64,000 nt of DNA, from the NCBI RefSeq assembly GCF_009914755.1, contig NC_060939.1. One strand, given 5' to 3'. The notes beneath the pieces were generated by a model. The model saw nothing but the letters and a program-made list of their open reading frames with translations, was not told the DNA's origin and did not search any database. Both the position numbers and the translations under genes were made by a program. Every line of letters begins with the position of its first letter. Positions within the stretch are counted from its first letter, which is position 1. This DNA is from the human T2T-CHM13v2.0 reference genome, Homo sapiens. Of the stretch, positions 12,412 to 26,129 are shown piece by piece.

Positions 12412-13299
12412 CCTGCCGACACCTTGATTTCAGACTTCCAGCTTCTAGAACTGTGAGACGATCCATTTCTGTTTAAGCTACCCAGTTTGTGGTACTTAGC
12501 TATAGCAGCCTAGCAAACTAATACACCCACAGACCTGGTTTTAGTGCTGACTTGGCCCCTCACATTGGGACACTGGACACACCCCTGCCCCTCTCTAAAC
12601 CCTAGTTTGTTCAACTTATCCCCAGAACACTGCTTGGCACATAGTAGGTGCTTAGTAAATGCTGGCTGGAAGAATGAACAGGAATGGCAGCACCCACCTT
12701 CCATGTGGCTGTGATAAGGAGGAGATGGGATGTAGGATGGGCTGTGTTCTGGAAATACTAAAGCTCTCGACACCTGTAGCGATGGCTGGAACAACAGACA
12801 CACAGAGGGGCTGGGTGGTGTGGCCCCAGCCAGGGCCTGAGGGTAAGGGCCAGGGTGGGGGGTGGTCTTCCAAGCCCTGCACTGCTCCATGAGTTCTCTT
12901 CTTTAAGAGAAGACTGGGGAGGCACAGATGAGAACAATGCCCTGGGGAGGCCCCAGGAAGGCAGGGGTGGAGGGAGGCAGGTCCTCCACCAAGCCACAGA
13001 CATTGCTGAAATCCCCACCACGTGCTGGGCCCCCCGCTGGGTTTGGGGGGGTGGAAAAGGAGAGCTTCCAGATGCTAAACATAGCTCCTGCCCCATGTGG
13101 ACCCTAGAGCCATCCATGGAGACTTCAGGGAGGCGGATTCAGCTCAGTCAGTATAAGGAAGAGCCATGTAAGAGCTCCCTCCAGGGCCTGAGCTGCCTTG
13201 GAGAGAGTGAGGTCCCTGTCCCTGAAGGTGTGCAAGTAAAGGTCAGAGGACCACGATCTCAGGGATACCTATACTCCCTCATCATGAGCTTGGGTTGGG

Positions 13300-13478
13300 C
13301 CAATGGGTTCCAACCTGGCTGACCATCAAAAGGTGACTATGGGGCTTGTGAACCATGCAGATTCCTGGGTTCTCCCAGCAACCCTGGATCAGGAGGTCTG
13401 GGTGGACCCCAGATGATTCCTGTCTCTAATAACATCCCTGGGTGGTCCTGATGCAGAGCCAGGCTTGGACACCCTGGC
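13300..13478. mobile_element. MER5A-like hAT MITE
   Basis: caacctggctg...atgcagattcctggg...atcaggaggtctgggtgg...aacatccctgggtggtcctgatgcag. Confidence 0.6.
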
Positions 13479-14319
13479 CCACAGAGCACCATGGTTTGAA
13501 TGGGATTCTGTTTGGGAAGAGCTTTGACAACAGTACTTGAGGGTGGGGCAGCAGGCAGACAGGAGACATGAGGGACAAGAGGATGAGGAGGGCAAAGAGG
13601 AAGACAAGCTGAGGATCATGACATTGCTGAGTTGGGGTGACCAGACAGGATAGCTCACCACAAGCCATGAGGCCTGGGGGAACAGGCGAAAGGCACACGT
13701 GGACACGCAAAGAGGCCGAGGGAGGCGGGGGGTCAGGGAAGACATTCTGGAAAATGTGAGATTTGCTGGTGGTTAAGAAAGCATTCTACATGGAAGGTGA
13801 GGCTGAGCCTGGTGTGTGGGGGATGGAGGAGGAGAGTCACCTGTTGGAAAGAAGGGCGGGGAAGAAAGTGTGGGCTTGAGGCAGACCATGAAAGGCCTTG
13901 TACAAGCAGGAGAAGGATTCTGGATGTCAACCTTAAACAACAGGGAGCCACTGAAGGTTCTTGAGGGGGAACATGACCTGGAGGAAGGCCTGCAGTAGTC
14001 CCCACTAGTAGGGCTCAGAAGGGCCTGGCCTGCTCCAGACTCACCAGTTAAGAGTCCCTTACAAGAGGAAAGGGTGAGAGGATTAGGCCTAGTATCAGCC
14101 TCACACTTCCTGCTGACAGCAGCCGTGACAAGTGTTACAGAATGATGGTGCCATCCATTAGGCCACTTGGGAGGAGCAGCTGGGAGGGCGAGCTGGTAGC
14201 AGTTTCTCCAGGCTGGTAAATCAGGGGACCTTGTCTGCAAAGTTAGAGTAACAGCCCACCCAGAAGCAGGAAGCTCCCCAGGGCTGGATTCACCCCAAGC
14301 AATGAGGCCCAGATTTCTT

Positions 14320-15200
14320 CTCTACATCATCTTGTCCAGGCTCAGAGGCTTCAGATACCACCCAGATGCTGACTCCCCACACAACTGCCTCTCCAGCCCA
14401 GCTCTTCCCGCAGCTGCAGGCTTACTGTCTGTGCAGCCTCCCCTCATGATGCCGGCACCTCAAACACTTCCAAGCAGGATCTTGCTTCTCCCTCCAAACC
14501 CACGCTCCACCCCTGTTCCTCGGCTCGGGCCAAGGCTCCAGTGCCCGCCCCATTCCCAGGCTGGCCCTCTCCCAGTCCACAGCCCATCCTTCAGCAACGC
14601 CTTCAAAGTCTCCAAACGCAAGCCCTCCTCCCACCCAGGCCCGGCCCCACCACCTCTGGTCTGGACTGATGCTGGGGTCTCCCACTGGCCTGCCAGCTTC
14701 TACTCTTGCCCACCCACCCTACAGTCCTTTCTCCAGTAGGCATCACTCTGTAACTCCTGGCCCTGCATGCCTCGTTTCTCAGCCCCTCTTCCTCAAGGGC
14801 TGCCCAGCTGTGAGGGCCTCTGTGCTGGTCCCAGCTCCAAGCCCATCCAGAGCTCCATAAGGCCTACTCCCTCTCCTCAGGCCTCTGCTGAAATGGCCCC
14901 TCATCCGAGAGGACTTTCCTGAGAAGGGCTCCAGAGAAGGGCTCCAGAGAAGAGCTCCGATTTCATGCCTGCCCCCTTTTCCAACCTTATTTTTCTCTGT
15001 GGCATTTATTACTCCCTAATCTTATATTACGGATTTACTTATCTGGTTTCTTCTGTCTACTCTGTTACAATTTAGGCTCTATGAGGGCAATGCCATGGTC
15101 TAACCTATTCACCCATGGATGCCATGCTGGGCACAGAGAACAATGCCTCATGTGTAGCAGGCGCTCAGTGAGTATGCGCTGAAGGAAGAATGAACAAACC
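14320..15200 (+). mobile_element. LINE-2 fragments
   Basis: ggcttcagataccacccagatgctgactccc...; 3' end ggctctatgagggc...gcaggcgctcagtgagtatgcgctgaaggaagaatgaa. Confidence 0.6.
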
Positions 15201-15934
15201 ACTGCACATTCATCCTTGGGAGAAACAGGCCCACACCCATAGGTGATCCCAACCCAGCACGACAGCAGTGCTGGGGCCAACAGATGTGCACAGGGAGGGT
15301 GGCACTAGGGAGAGGCCACTAGCTCTACCCAGAGGTCAGGGGAGCTTCCTGGAAGAAACGACAAACCACCTCCAGCCTCCTCCCTGGCCCTCCAGGGTCC
15401 CTGTCATAAGCCACCCCCCAGTGAGGGGATGAAGGAGAGGCTGGTCTGACCAGCTGTGCTGACCCAGGAGTCTGTAAGTATTCAGAGTTGGTGCCTGCAT
15501 CCCTCCTGCCTGGCAGGAGGAGACCTGGGCAAGGCTCCCCAGAGAGCAGAGGGTCTTGGTTTAAACACCACGGATCCCACCACTGAGGGAGGGAGAGGTC
15601 ATCTGGGATCCCCAGCTTTGCCTACCCTTTCCTCCCGAACACACAGCATCCTGCCTCTTCCCCTCTAATCACTGGAGCACCGAGGGAGGGAGCAACAGAA
15701 GCAGGGGCAGCAAGGACAAACCTGAGCTTCCTCCAGGAGTTTAGAGCTTTGCTGAGTGAAGCTCCAATTCCTCAGCCTCCGGTGCAAGCCTCCGGTGCTC
15801 CATGCCAGCCCTGGCCCTGCCACTCCCCAGACACACTCCAAACTCCCCTACCACTGCACCTTTGCTCAGGCTGGGCCTACCCTGCCGCCCTAAACTTTCC
15901 CTGCCTGTCACAACCCTACATCCATGACTTTCTT

Positions 15935-16265
15935 CATCCAAGCATTATTTATAATGACAGAACATCAGAAACCATCAAAATACACAACAGAGAATTGGCT
16001 AAACGCACTATGGTACACGCAGGCTGAAACATTACACTGCCATTAAAAATCACATTATAGAAGAGTATTTAATGATGGGAAAATAATCTTGGTATGGGAT
16101 TAAGTGTAAAAGGCAAGTTAGAAAACAGTAAGTACAGCTTGATCCCAATTATGTCATAAATACATGTTTTGTAGAAGACTGACGGGCTAAACACCCAAGC
16201 GCTCACACTTTTCTATAGAGAACACACATTACTTTTTTTATAACCAGAAAAATAAAATGTTTGAA
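15935..16265 (+). mobile_element. Old L1 (L1M-type) 3' fragment
   Basis: AT-rich; agcattatttataat...ctgccattaaaaat...attaagtgtaaaaggcaagtt, typical of L1M 3' regions. Confidence 0.65.
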
Positions 16266-16599
16266 AAGCACCTTACAGACTTCAAGGCTTAGCCCAGGTG
16301 TCACCTGTTCCAACAAGCCCTGCCAGACCCCCAGCTGACTGTGGCCCTCCTGCCCTGCGTCAGCTCCCGCCTGCATCTCCCCGCCCACTGAGCTCCCAAT
16401 GCCCCCGGGCTGTGGTGCCTGTGGGTGCTGCCGTCTGCCTGGGCAGTGGGGAGGCTGCTCACGCTCCTGCCCCCTGCCCTTGTCACCCCAGTTGCTGCAC
16501 AGACAATCCTGACGCCATCTTCTCACCCATCTCTCAGCAGCAATTACAGGTTAAACTGGAGGGACTAATTAGTTGCTCATTCTACCCAGAGCCAACTAA

Positions 16600-17060
<461 letters not shown>

Positions 17061-18389
17061 CAGAAATATTTTGATGGTGCTAACTGGGCTTCGGAGCAAG
17101 GCCTAGTGCCTGGGAAGGAAATCCAGGCCTCCGCTCCCACCAGCTTCCCAGTGTGAGGACAGGGTTGGCTAAGCCTCAGCCACATACAACCGTCACCCTA
17201 TCCCTCAGGAGAAGGGAGTCCAGGCCTGCCACCAGGCTTCTTCATCTGAAAAATGAGGACAATACGCCAGGCCAGCCTGCTGCCCTGAGCCCACCCCACC
17301 GTTCCCTCTGTTTAGCAAAGTCCCTCTGCAGCCCTCTCATGGGTGACAGAGGCCTGTTGAGAACAGAGGATTGGCCCAGATATGGGGTAGAGGTGACTTG
17401 TCCAAGGTCATGAGCAAGCCGGGGTCAAGCCAGGCAGCAACCCAGGTCCCCCTCCTTCCCCATCTCCCACTTCTCTGGAACATGCTGTCATTTCTCCACA
17501 TCCCCTCACACGGACCATGAAGTGAGAGGACCTGTCGCCTCCCACATTCTGGGGGTCCTGCTCCTCGTGATAAAGTCCAAGAACACATCTCCTCTGTTCA
17601 CAGAGAGCCAAGGTCACCTGGCTGCCAATGACTGTCGCACAAACACACCTGGGGTCTGAGCCTTATCCTGCCCTGAAGGTGTCTAGACCCTCACGCTGTC
17701 TCTGGTGTGGAGCCCTGTTAAACTCCACACATTAGAGCCAATGTCAGCCTCTTGACAGTTTCTTGGACCCTGATTGTCTCAGTCCACATGTTCTGGCTCC
17801 CTCCTGACCTGAAGTCAGGCACACATTTGGTCAACAATGTGACAGGACCAAGGACAGAGCCCTGCAGCCTGCCCTTAGAGACCTCCCATGCCACGCGGGA
17901 ACCCATTAGCCGGCACTGTCCGTGAAACCCACTTGCTGGGAAGAACGCCCCACGCTTCCAAGCTGCCTGCCGGAGCCCTGCTTCAGCCAGGGCTGGCAGC
18001 AAGTGGCACCGCCACAGCAAACCTCCTGGACGTGGCTGCATGTGGGGAGGGAGAGATGAGGAAACCGCCAGAAAGATGGCCCCATGACAGCCTCCCCTAC
18101 AGACCCCACACCCTCCATGCCCTGCCACCCAGAGTGGCATCTTACCTCGGGTTGGGTGGGTGTCTGGGGAGTACAGCTGGGCAGGGCTCAGCCTGGGCTG
18201 GACTCAGTCGCCCTCTCTGCCTGTGGGCACTGGAGCCTCAGGGCCTGTGGGTGCCGGAGGCTGTGGGGAGAAAGAAGAGGTGGCTGTCAGCTAGAGCAGG
18301 GCAGCAGGTGGTCGGGGTGCAGTGGGGGCCACGCCTGCAAATGGGGTCTGATCCCGCCTGGCTGAGCCATTAAAAACTCATACATCCCC

Positions 18390-18532
18390 CCCACACACAC
18401 TCTGACATGCACACACTTGCACACACTCACACATGTACTCTCATTCACTGGCAAACTCATGCTTACACACATAGATGTGTTGTCAATTGTGCATGCCCAC
18501 ATGTGCGTGCGGGCGTGCACACACACACACAC
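18390..18532. repeat. Degenerate CA-rich low-complexity tract
   Basis: cacacacactctgacatgcacacacttgcacacactcacac...gcacacacacacacac. Confidence 0.8.
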
Positions 18533-18917
18533 TCATGGCACTAGCTGGGGGCAGGCAGGGCTCTGGGAAGCGCAGAGTTTGTGGCCCCAGGCAGGCTGGA
18601 GTCTGACTATGCCTCTCCCACCATCCGGCTCTGTGGCCCTGCAAAAGCCACTTCTCTTATCCATAAAAGAAAAATACCATCTCTCCTGCCAGGACTGCTG
18701 GGAAGATAAGAGAGAGAGAAGGGACACATGGCCTGGCTCACAGTAGGTGTGCAGCCAATGTCACTGCCTGCCTTCCTCCCCAGCCAGTTCCCAGGAGGCA
18801 GGCCCCAGGCTGACCCCGAGAGGGGATGATGGGCAGCACCGGGGTGCCTCCCTTGGGCCTGAGCCTCAACTTCCCAACCCCCATCTACTCACCCTCCCAT
18901 TCCCCAGCCTCTCCTGC

Positions 18918-19205
18918 CTTTTTTTTTTTTTAAAGAGGCAGAGTCTTGCTCTGCCACCCAGCCTGGAGGGCAGTGGTGCCATCATGGTTCACTGTAGCCC
19001 AAACTCCTGGGCTCAAGCGATCCTCCCACCTCAGCCTCCCAAGGAGCTGGGACTACAGTTGTGTGTATCACCACACCTGGCTAATTTTTTAATTTTTTTG
19101 TAAACTATGTTGCCCAGGCTGGTCTCAAACTCCTGGCCTTAAGCAGTCCTCCTGCCTTGACCTCCCGCAGTGCTGGGATTATCGGCAGAGCCATCATGCC
19201 CAGCC
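18918..19205 (-). mobile_element. AluJ (diverged, small internal deletion)
   Basis: Poly-T, gagtcttgctctg...ctcctgggctcaagcgatcctcccacctcagcc...catgcccagcc. Confidence 0.88.
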
Positions 19206-22200
19206 ATCCTACTTTATTTCTTCATCATATATTCTCCAAGGGTTCCTCTAGACCAGACCCTCCATCCTCTGTGAGTAGGGGAGGGCGCTAGGAAGTTCTG
19301 GTTCCTTGGCAAGGCTCTGAGGCGTCCATGGTGCAGGACATAACCTCAGTTCAAAGTCCAAGGAAGTGGGTTAACTCCTAGCTCTCCCTCCTTCTGGCCA
19401 GGTGGCCCTGGGGAAAGCTTCTTCCTCTGTACCTCAGTTTCTTCAACCTCTCAGACCAAGTCCCAAATATCTTTCTGAGCTGCTGCAGAAAGGTTTCAAT
19501 CAGATCTGTGTTTCCCAAAGTAGGAGACACATGCTTCTGGGGGTGCACAAGGGGATTTCGTGGTGTGCAGACAAATGTTTTCATTTTCATAGCTACGTGT
19601 TTCTCTTTCTGTGTATTGGAAAAAAAAACATGACAGGCACATCACAGGTGTGATTTCCGGATGTGTGCTTGGGGAGCATTGTGGTAATCCACCTTCAAAC
19701 GGAAGTCCACACGAAGACAAGGATTAAGAAAACACAAGTGCAGGTGGTGCCCAGGGGTGGCTTCAACCGTGATGGTGAAAGGGAAGCTCAGGAAGCTGGC
19801 ATCGAACCAGCACCTGGCTCCCAGCAGCCCTTGAGAGGGCAAGCAGCTTCCGCCTTCCCTGGAGGGCCAGACCAGCCCCTCCTTTCTGCTCGATTCCCTG
19901 TTGGGTGCCGTCCAGCACAGGCCTAGGACCCCAGGGGCATTCACAAGGCCTTCCAGATGGGATAGATGGAAGGATGGGTGGATGGGGCTCCAAGGTGACA
20001 GCTATAATGTGGGCAGAAGATGGAAAAGCCCTCAGGGTCCCTCCCAGAATCAACATTCTATCAAATCTAAGATGCAAATGTTGGAATTTCTAGCCGCGTG
20101 GTAGGTGAAGATGTAGGAGATGCTTTGGGGCCAGGGTCTTCATATATTATGGGCTGCAGACTTCTCCAAGGAGGCAGAGAAGTGGGTGCTGAGCAGGCTC
20201 CAGGGCCCACTTTGGCTTTCCAATCCTGACAACAGAGCCACAAAGCAGCCCAGACCAGTGAAGAGAGGCCTGCTCAGCCCCACGGTTCACCAGCCCCAAA
20301 CTAGGCCCCTGTTGCCAGCTGGCCCTGGGTGCATCTCCCACTGGTTGTTGATCCTGGAGGACAGGACAGAACATAGTGGTGCCAGCCTAGGACACAGGGG
20401 TAGCAGAGCCTGGGCAGCTCCTCAGGCCCGGGTACCCCAAGCCAGGTCTAGTCAGACAGGGGCACTGTCAGCGGCCTCCCAAGCTGGATCCCAATAGACT
20501 GGCACAAGCCAGTCAGGCCCAGGCCAACCCGGGCAGCCCTGTCCTTGGAAGGCCTCCAGACCACCTGGCTGGCGGCCCTGAGCCCAGCTCCACCTGAGCT
20601 GGCAGGGTAAGCCATCCCCACAGTGCCATTCCGGGCCCCCGGCTGCCATGCTCCAAGACAATGAATGGGCCTCCCGCTCCCTTCCCCCCAAACCTTCCAA
20701 ACCTTCCTAAAGCTCCCACTCTCCTCTGTGGCATCACAAGGAGTTGCTATGGAAATGGGGCCACAGGCAGAGCGTGACAATGATTTGGGGCAGGGGAGGA
20801 GACGCAGTGGGAGCCGGGCACTCTCCTGGACACGAGGTCTGCCAGTGTGCCAGGTCCCAAGAAAGACATGAAACCCCAGCTGCAGGCCTCACAGCCAAGG
20901 AGGGTGGAGGGGGCTGCAGCCAAGGTTGGGGGCCTCCTACCTGCCCTCTTGGCTCCTTGCCACCCCAGTGGAGCCCAGGGAGCTCTCAGCCTGTGTAGTC
21001 TGTGTGTTCAGCAGAATGAACAAATGCCCCGGAGAATGTGAGACCTCCACAGAAACAGCTCTTCAAGGACTCTGACAAAGTGGGTTCAGCACTGAGTGGG
21101 GCTGGCACCCGGTACACACTCAGCAAACACTGATCAGAAAGCAGGGCCCTGGTATGTGTGCTGTGTGGGTATGTCACGTAGGCCTGTGACTGCTCTGGAC
21201 AACATGGTGCATAATCACAGAGCTTGAGAGGCCCACGCCCACTGTACAGATTGGGAGACTGAGGTCCAACCAGGGTCAGGGTCACACAGAAAGTCAACCA
21301 AAAAGCCAAGCCCAGAGCCCAGGTCTCCTCTTCCCCAGACCTGAGCCCCTCTGATCAATACCCCTAGCTATTTCCTCATTATTCATTCTACTTTTGTTAA
21401 GTACCTACCATGTGTTTGGTCACTGGAACAGAGAGATATAAAGGACACTGCTCTTGCTCAGAGGAGACAGACCATCATGATCAGAGGGCGGGCGCCAGGC
21501 CAGAAGGCCAGGGACTGCAGGAGCCCAGGGAAGGGTCCCTCAGAGTTTTAGGTTATGCACTTCTGAGCCATGCTTCTAAGAGACCTCTGAGTTTCCCCAA
21601 CTTTTCTCCCAGCTGCTCCCACAGCCCAAGGCCCCCTTACAGTCCACCTGGGGCCCACACCTCCAGGAGGTAAAGGGTGGTATTTCTCATTAGCACCCCA
21701 GGCCCCAGGAATGACGGACTGTGAGGAAAGTGCCTTGCTACCGAGAAGTAACTCAAAGAATGTGGGCCCCAGACTTGCCTCCTCCTCCCCCAGCCTCAGC
21801 AGCTCCCGCTTTGTTCATTAGGTCCTTGCCCTTTCTCTCTCTCTTTCCTGGGCACCTCCCATGAGCCAGGCATGACACTGAGCCTGGGGTGAGCAGAGAA
21901 CCAGTGAGCCCTGCTGGCCACCATTCTGACGGAAGGAACACAAGTCCCTATCTCTGTCAGCAGCATGCAAGCTCTCCCCTGTGATTTTTGGTGGGTTTTG
22001 TTTTGTTTTCTTTTTTTTTTGAGGGATGGGGCTGTATTGAGAGAGTAAGAGGGAACACCTTCCAGAGTTTGGCTTGGAAGACCCGCCAGCTGTGTGTGTG
22101 CCATGCCTCCCAGCGGCTGTGACAGCCTCCCAGGACCTATGCTACACAGGTGGAAACCAAGGCCCTGAGAGGTGGCCAGGTGGACTCCAGGAAGCTCAGC

Positions 22201-22859
22201 ACTGAGAAGGCAGGACGGGGAAAGAGCCACAAGGAAAGAAGGGAGGGCCAGGTCCAGAGCTGTGGGAAGGGAGGAAGAAGCTGTCTTGGAAGGCTTCCTG
22301 ATGGAGGAGGGACTAGGATTGGCTCAGAGCCCTCCCTTGGGCTCTGGCAGGAAAAGAGTCTCTTCCAGAGAGAGAACCAGGCCAGGGCCTCCCCTTCCAG
22401 CCCACATGACTTGGGGCTAGGCTGGCAGGTGGAGGGCAAGGGGGGCACATTCCGTGACAGCTGCCATCCTGTCCCCAACTAAGGGCTGCCACCACTGCCA
22501 CCTCACGTCCCTAGTTACTGCTGTCTGATGGGAAACCAGCTGGGGATGGGAAAACAGCAGAGACAGAGGAGTGGGGGCAGAGCATACGAGAGACAGAGGC
22601 TCTGAGAGAGACAGAGCAGCAGTGACCCCAAAGCCAGCTGGACAGAGGGAGAGTAGAGAGCTGAAGATGGATATGGAGCCGAAGATGGAGATGGAGCATG
22701 GACGGATGGGGCCACCCCTCCCCTCCCCCAGAGCCAGGCCTGCAGCTGCCGAGAGGAACAGACACACAGCTGGGAAGGAGCCTACAAACCAGGGCTTTGC
22801 AAAGATTTTTCAGCAATAAAATTCTTATTTGAAATGAAATCTGATGCAGTGGAGGAAGC

Positions 22860-23790
22860 GTTTATATGCCAGACATTAAATCCAGAAGCCATAAAGTGAA
22901 AATTCAACAAATCCAACTACTGTACATAAACGTGTAAAACATCCGTACAGCAAAAGACACATAAACAAAGTTAAAAGGCAAATGAGACAATGGAAGAAAA
23001 CGTCGCTAATATGCAAAGAGCCCCTACAAATCAATAAGAAAAAAGACAAAAGAAGAGAAAAATTGGCAGTGAATTAGAAATCTGCAGAGGAGGAATTAAA
23101 TTGGCCAATAAATGCATGAAAAGATGTTCTATCTCACTAGCAATCAGGGAAATGCAAATGAAAGTGACATGCTACCATTTTTTGCCTATCAGATTGGGAA
23201 AAATTTAAATGATTGATAACAAGCAGTGCTGGCAAGGATGTGGGGAAATGAGCACTCCCAGACCATTGGATGGAGGGGGAATTGGCTCAACCTTTGGAAG
23301 GGTAATTTGGCAACACTGATTAACATTTTAACCCAAACACTCTACAACCTAGTAATTCCACTTCTGGGAGCCTCTCCCATGAAATAATAGCACAAGCATT
23401 CATGTATACATGCTCAAGGATGCTCATGGAAACATTGCTGGTAAGACCGAAAAAGAAATTGGAAATGGCCTAAACGTTTATCGATAAGAGAAAGTTCAAA
23501 TAAAATATAGCATGTCCACACTATGGAACACTCTGCAGCCATCTGACAGAGTGAGGCACGTCTATGTATAACAATAGAGAAAAAATCAAGCTGTAAAATG
23601 CTATTTCAGCATGAGCCCATTTCTGTAATTAACGATTTGTTGCTATATGCCCCAAAAGGCTGGAGGACAGCACGCCAAGCTTTACAGCAATCACCTCCGA
23701 GCAGTGGGACAAGTGGGCTTTCATGGCCTGTTTTCCACAAATGTATTGTTGGGTCTTCTGTCGTAATCAGAAAAACAAAATCAATAAAGA
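22860..23790 (+). mobile_element. Old L1 (L1ME-like) ORF2 3' end / 3'UTR fragment
   Basis: A-rich; ggccaataaatgcatgaaaagatgttc...atcagggaaatgcaaat...gctggcaaggatgtgggg...gtaattccacttctggg. Confidence 0.8.
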
Positions 23791-25506
23791 GTTAATGGGT
23801 TTTTTTTTTTTAATCCTTCTCAGACCCTAATAGGAAATGCAGATCTAAGCAGGGCTGCTCTGGCTAAAGGGGGAGGGGACCAACATCCATCCATTCAGCC
23901 CCATCCAGTCCCAGCCCCACCCTCGTATCCTGAGGCCCCTTCTGGAAACACTAGGGCTCTAGGACCAGTTTGAGAAGCTCAGCTGGAGACTGTGGAACCC
24001 ATGCCTACGCTCCCCCAGGCCAAGGTCGACAGGGTCAGAAGGTTGCTCAAGGTACACCGGCAGCCAGGGCCTGTGACTCCTCAGCACGTCTCCGGGCCTC
24101 CCAGGCGAGGGTCAGGGGTTTCTCTAGGTATCCAGAAAACCCTGAGATGGTCACAGCCCTGGGGAACCCAGAATTGGGGCTGAGGGATAAAGGGAACATA
24201 GAAAGGGCCTTTGCAGAAAACTCCAGGAAAGGGGGCTTCAAGGCTCCAGTGCTGCAGGAAGGGAGAGAGAGAGCGAGGAAAAGAGGGAGAAGCTGGGGTG
24301 TGTTTCTCCCTATATGTACAGAGAGTGGGGGGATGAGCCCATGGGGTGCGTGGAGGTGACTGGGGCATGCAGGTATGTGGTGCTTACAGATAGAGGGCAC
24401 ATGTGGGTCTGCGGAGGTGAACTCTGGAGGGTGTGTGGGTTCCAAGCGGTGCAGAGGCGTGTCTGTAATCTAGAATCAGTGTGTGTGTATGTGTGTTGTC
24501 ACTCTCGGGGATGACAGCAAAGAGACAGCATGTGTGTGTCTGGAGGGAGAGGAACACAGCAGATCCACGTATATGTGTGCATAGTGTGTGTAGTATGTCC
24601 TGTGCCCCCGGGTGTTCCCCCAAGGTGTGTGTGTGTGTTTGTGTGTATGTTAGGAGGTATAGGCAGCCAGGAGGCCTGCAGAGGGGCCAGGAGCAGGTGG
24701 CAAACTGCAGAGATCAGGCCATTCTGGAAATGCCCCTCCCACTTATGAGTCAATCAACAAATTCAGAGAAAACTGCCCAGAAGGAGCATAAGGCCCCCTC
24801 CAGTTCCAGAAGGCCCCCTTCCCTTGAACAATTGTTTGCACAGCTCGTGTTCCACCTGCCTCCAGGAAGCAGGGACTGCGGGAACCAGCAAACTCCTCCT
24901 AATGAGTGGTGAATGACACTCTCTACCTGGGTCTGAGCCGCAACTAACACAACTTCCTGGAGGTCTCCTGTCCCCACCTCCACACTCACCCATGTTCCAT
25001 CTGCAGCTGCCACGGGAGCACTCCAAAAGGCAGATCCAACCACATGGCTGCCTGCTCCACACCCTTCTATGGCTCCCTATTGCTCCCTGCCCGCACTCCT
25101 TACTGGGACCACCAGACCCCCTGGGGCCCATCCCCAAGTGGCCTTCAGCTTCATGTCTGACCCCAGTGCCTCCCAATACTACCCTCCAATCAGACTGGGC
25201 CTCCTGTGTTCCTCAACAGAACTGAGCCTCCAAACCTTTGCACCTGCTGTTCCCCCTGGGGGATGCCTGTCCTCCCTGACCAGTCCCCACCACCCTCTAA
25301 GAAGCCTCTCCCTACAGGGCTGGAGTGAAGCCCCTCTGGTACACCCACCCTGTGCTCACCTCTGTCCCACCCTCATCCCCTAAGCTGTAACTGCTGACAG
25401 GTCTGGCTTCCCCAGGGGTAGGGGCTGGGTCTTGCTCTTCTCTGTACCCTAGAACCCAGCCTAGGCCTAGCACAGAGGAGGCATTAGGCACAAATGTTAT
25501 AGACTG

Positions 25507-25692
25507 AGCCAGGAGTGGTGGCACACACCTCTAGTCCCAGCTACTCAGGAGGCTGAGGTGGCAGGATCGCTTGAGCCCAGGAGTCTGAAGCTGCAGTGAG
25601 CTAAGACCACACCGCTGCACTCCCTGGGTGACAGAGCGAGACCCCATCTCCAAACAAACAGACAAACAAAAAATCTGAAGAAAAAAAAAAAA
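25507..25692 (+). mobile_element. Alu right-arm monomer (FRAM or truncated AluJ) inserted in an L2 3' end
   Basis: Single arm plus A-rich tail; TSD-like atgttatagactg / atgtttatagaatg. Confidence 0.8.
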
Positions 25693-25726
25693 GATGTTTA
25701 TAGAATGAATGAATGGGTTCTCACAG

Positions 25727-26129
25727 TGATATAGTTTGGATGTTCCCTCCAAATCTCATGGTGAAAGGTAATTCCCAGTGTTGGAGGTGGGGCCTAGTGG
25801 GAGGTGGCTGGGTCATGGGGGTGGATCCCTCATGACTTGGTGCTGTCCTCGTGATAGTTGAGTTCTCAACAGATCTGAGATCTGGCCGTTTGAAAGTGTG
25901 TGGCACTCCCCCATCTCTCTCACTCCTACTTTCACCCTGTGAAGTGCCTGTTCCCGCTTCACCTTCTGCCATGAGTAAAAGCTCCTGAGGCCTCCCCAGA
26001 AGCTGAGCAGATGTTGCCACCATGCTTCCAATACAGCCTGCAGATCCATGAGCCAATTAAACCTCTTTTCTTTATAAATTACCCAGTCTCAGGAATTTCT
26101 TTATAGCAACACAAGAACAGCCTAATACA
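25727..26129 (+). mobile_element. MaLR solo LTR, MSTA-like, full length
   Basis: tgatatagtttggatg...gagccaattaaacctcttttctttataaattacccagtctcagg...cctaataca; perfect 5-bp TSD cacag (25722-25726 / 26130-26134). Confidence 0.92.

Noticed and set aside
14039-14236. Possible 190-nt minus-strand exon (acceptor CTTTGCAG at 14235, donor CTG|GTGAGT at 14045/14044)
   Set aside because: Weak pyrimidine tract and no supporting context; such pairs are common in long introns.
19505-19700. Possible hAT transposon remnant starting ctgtgtttcccaaagt
   Set aside because: Only a terminal resemblance; I cannot assign a family or boundaries.
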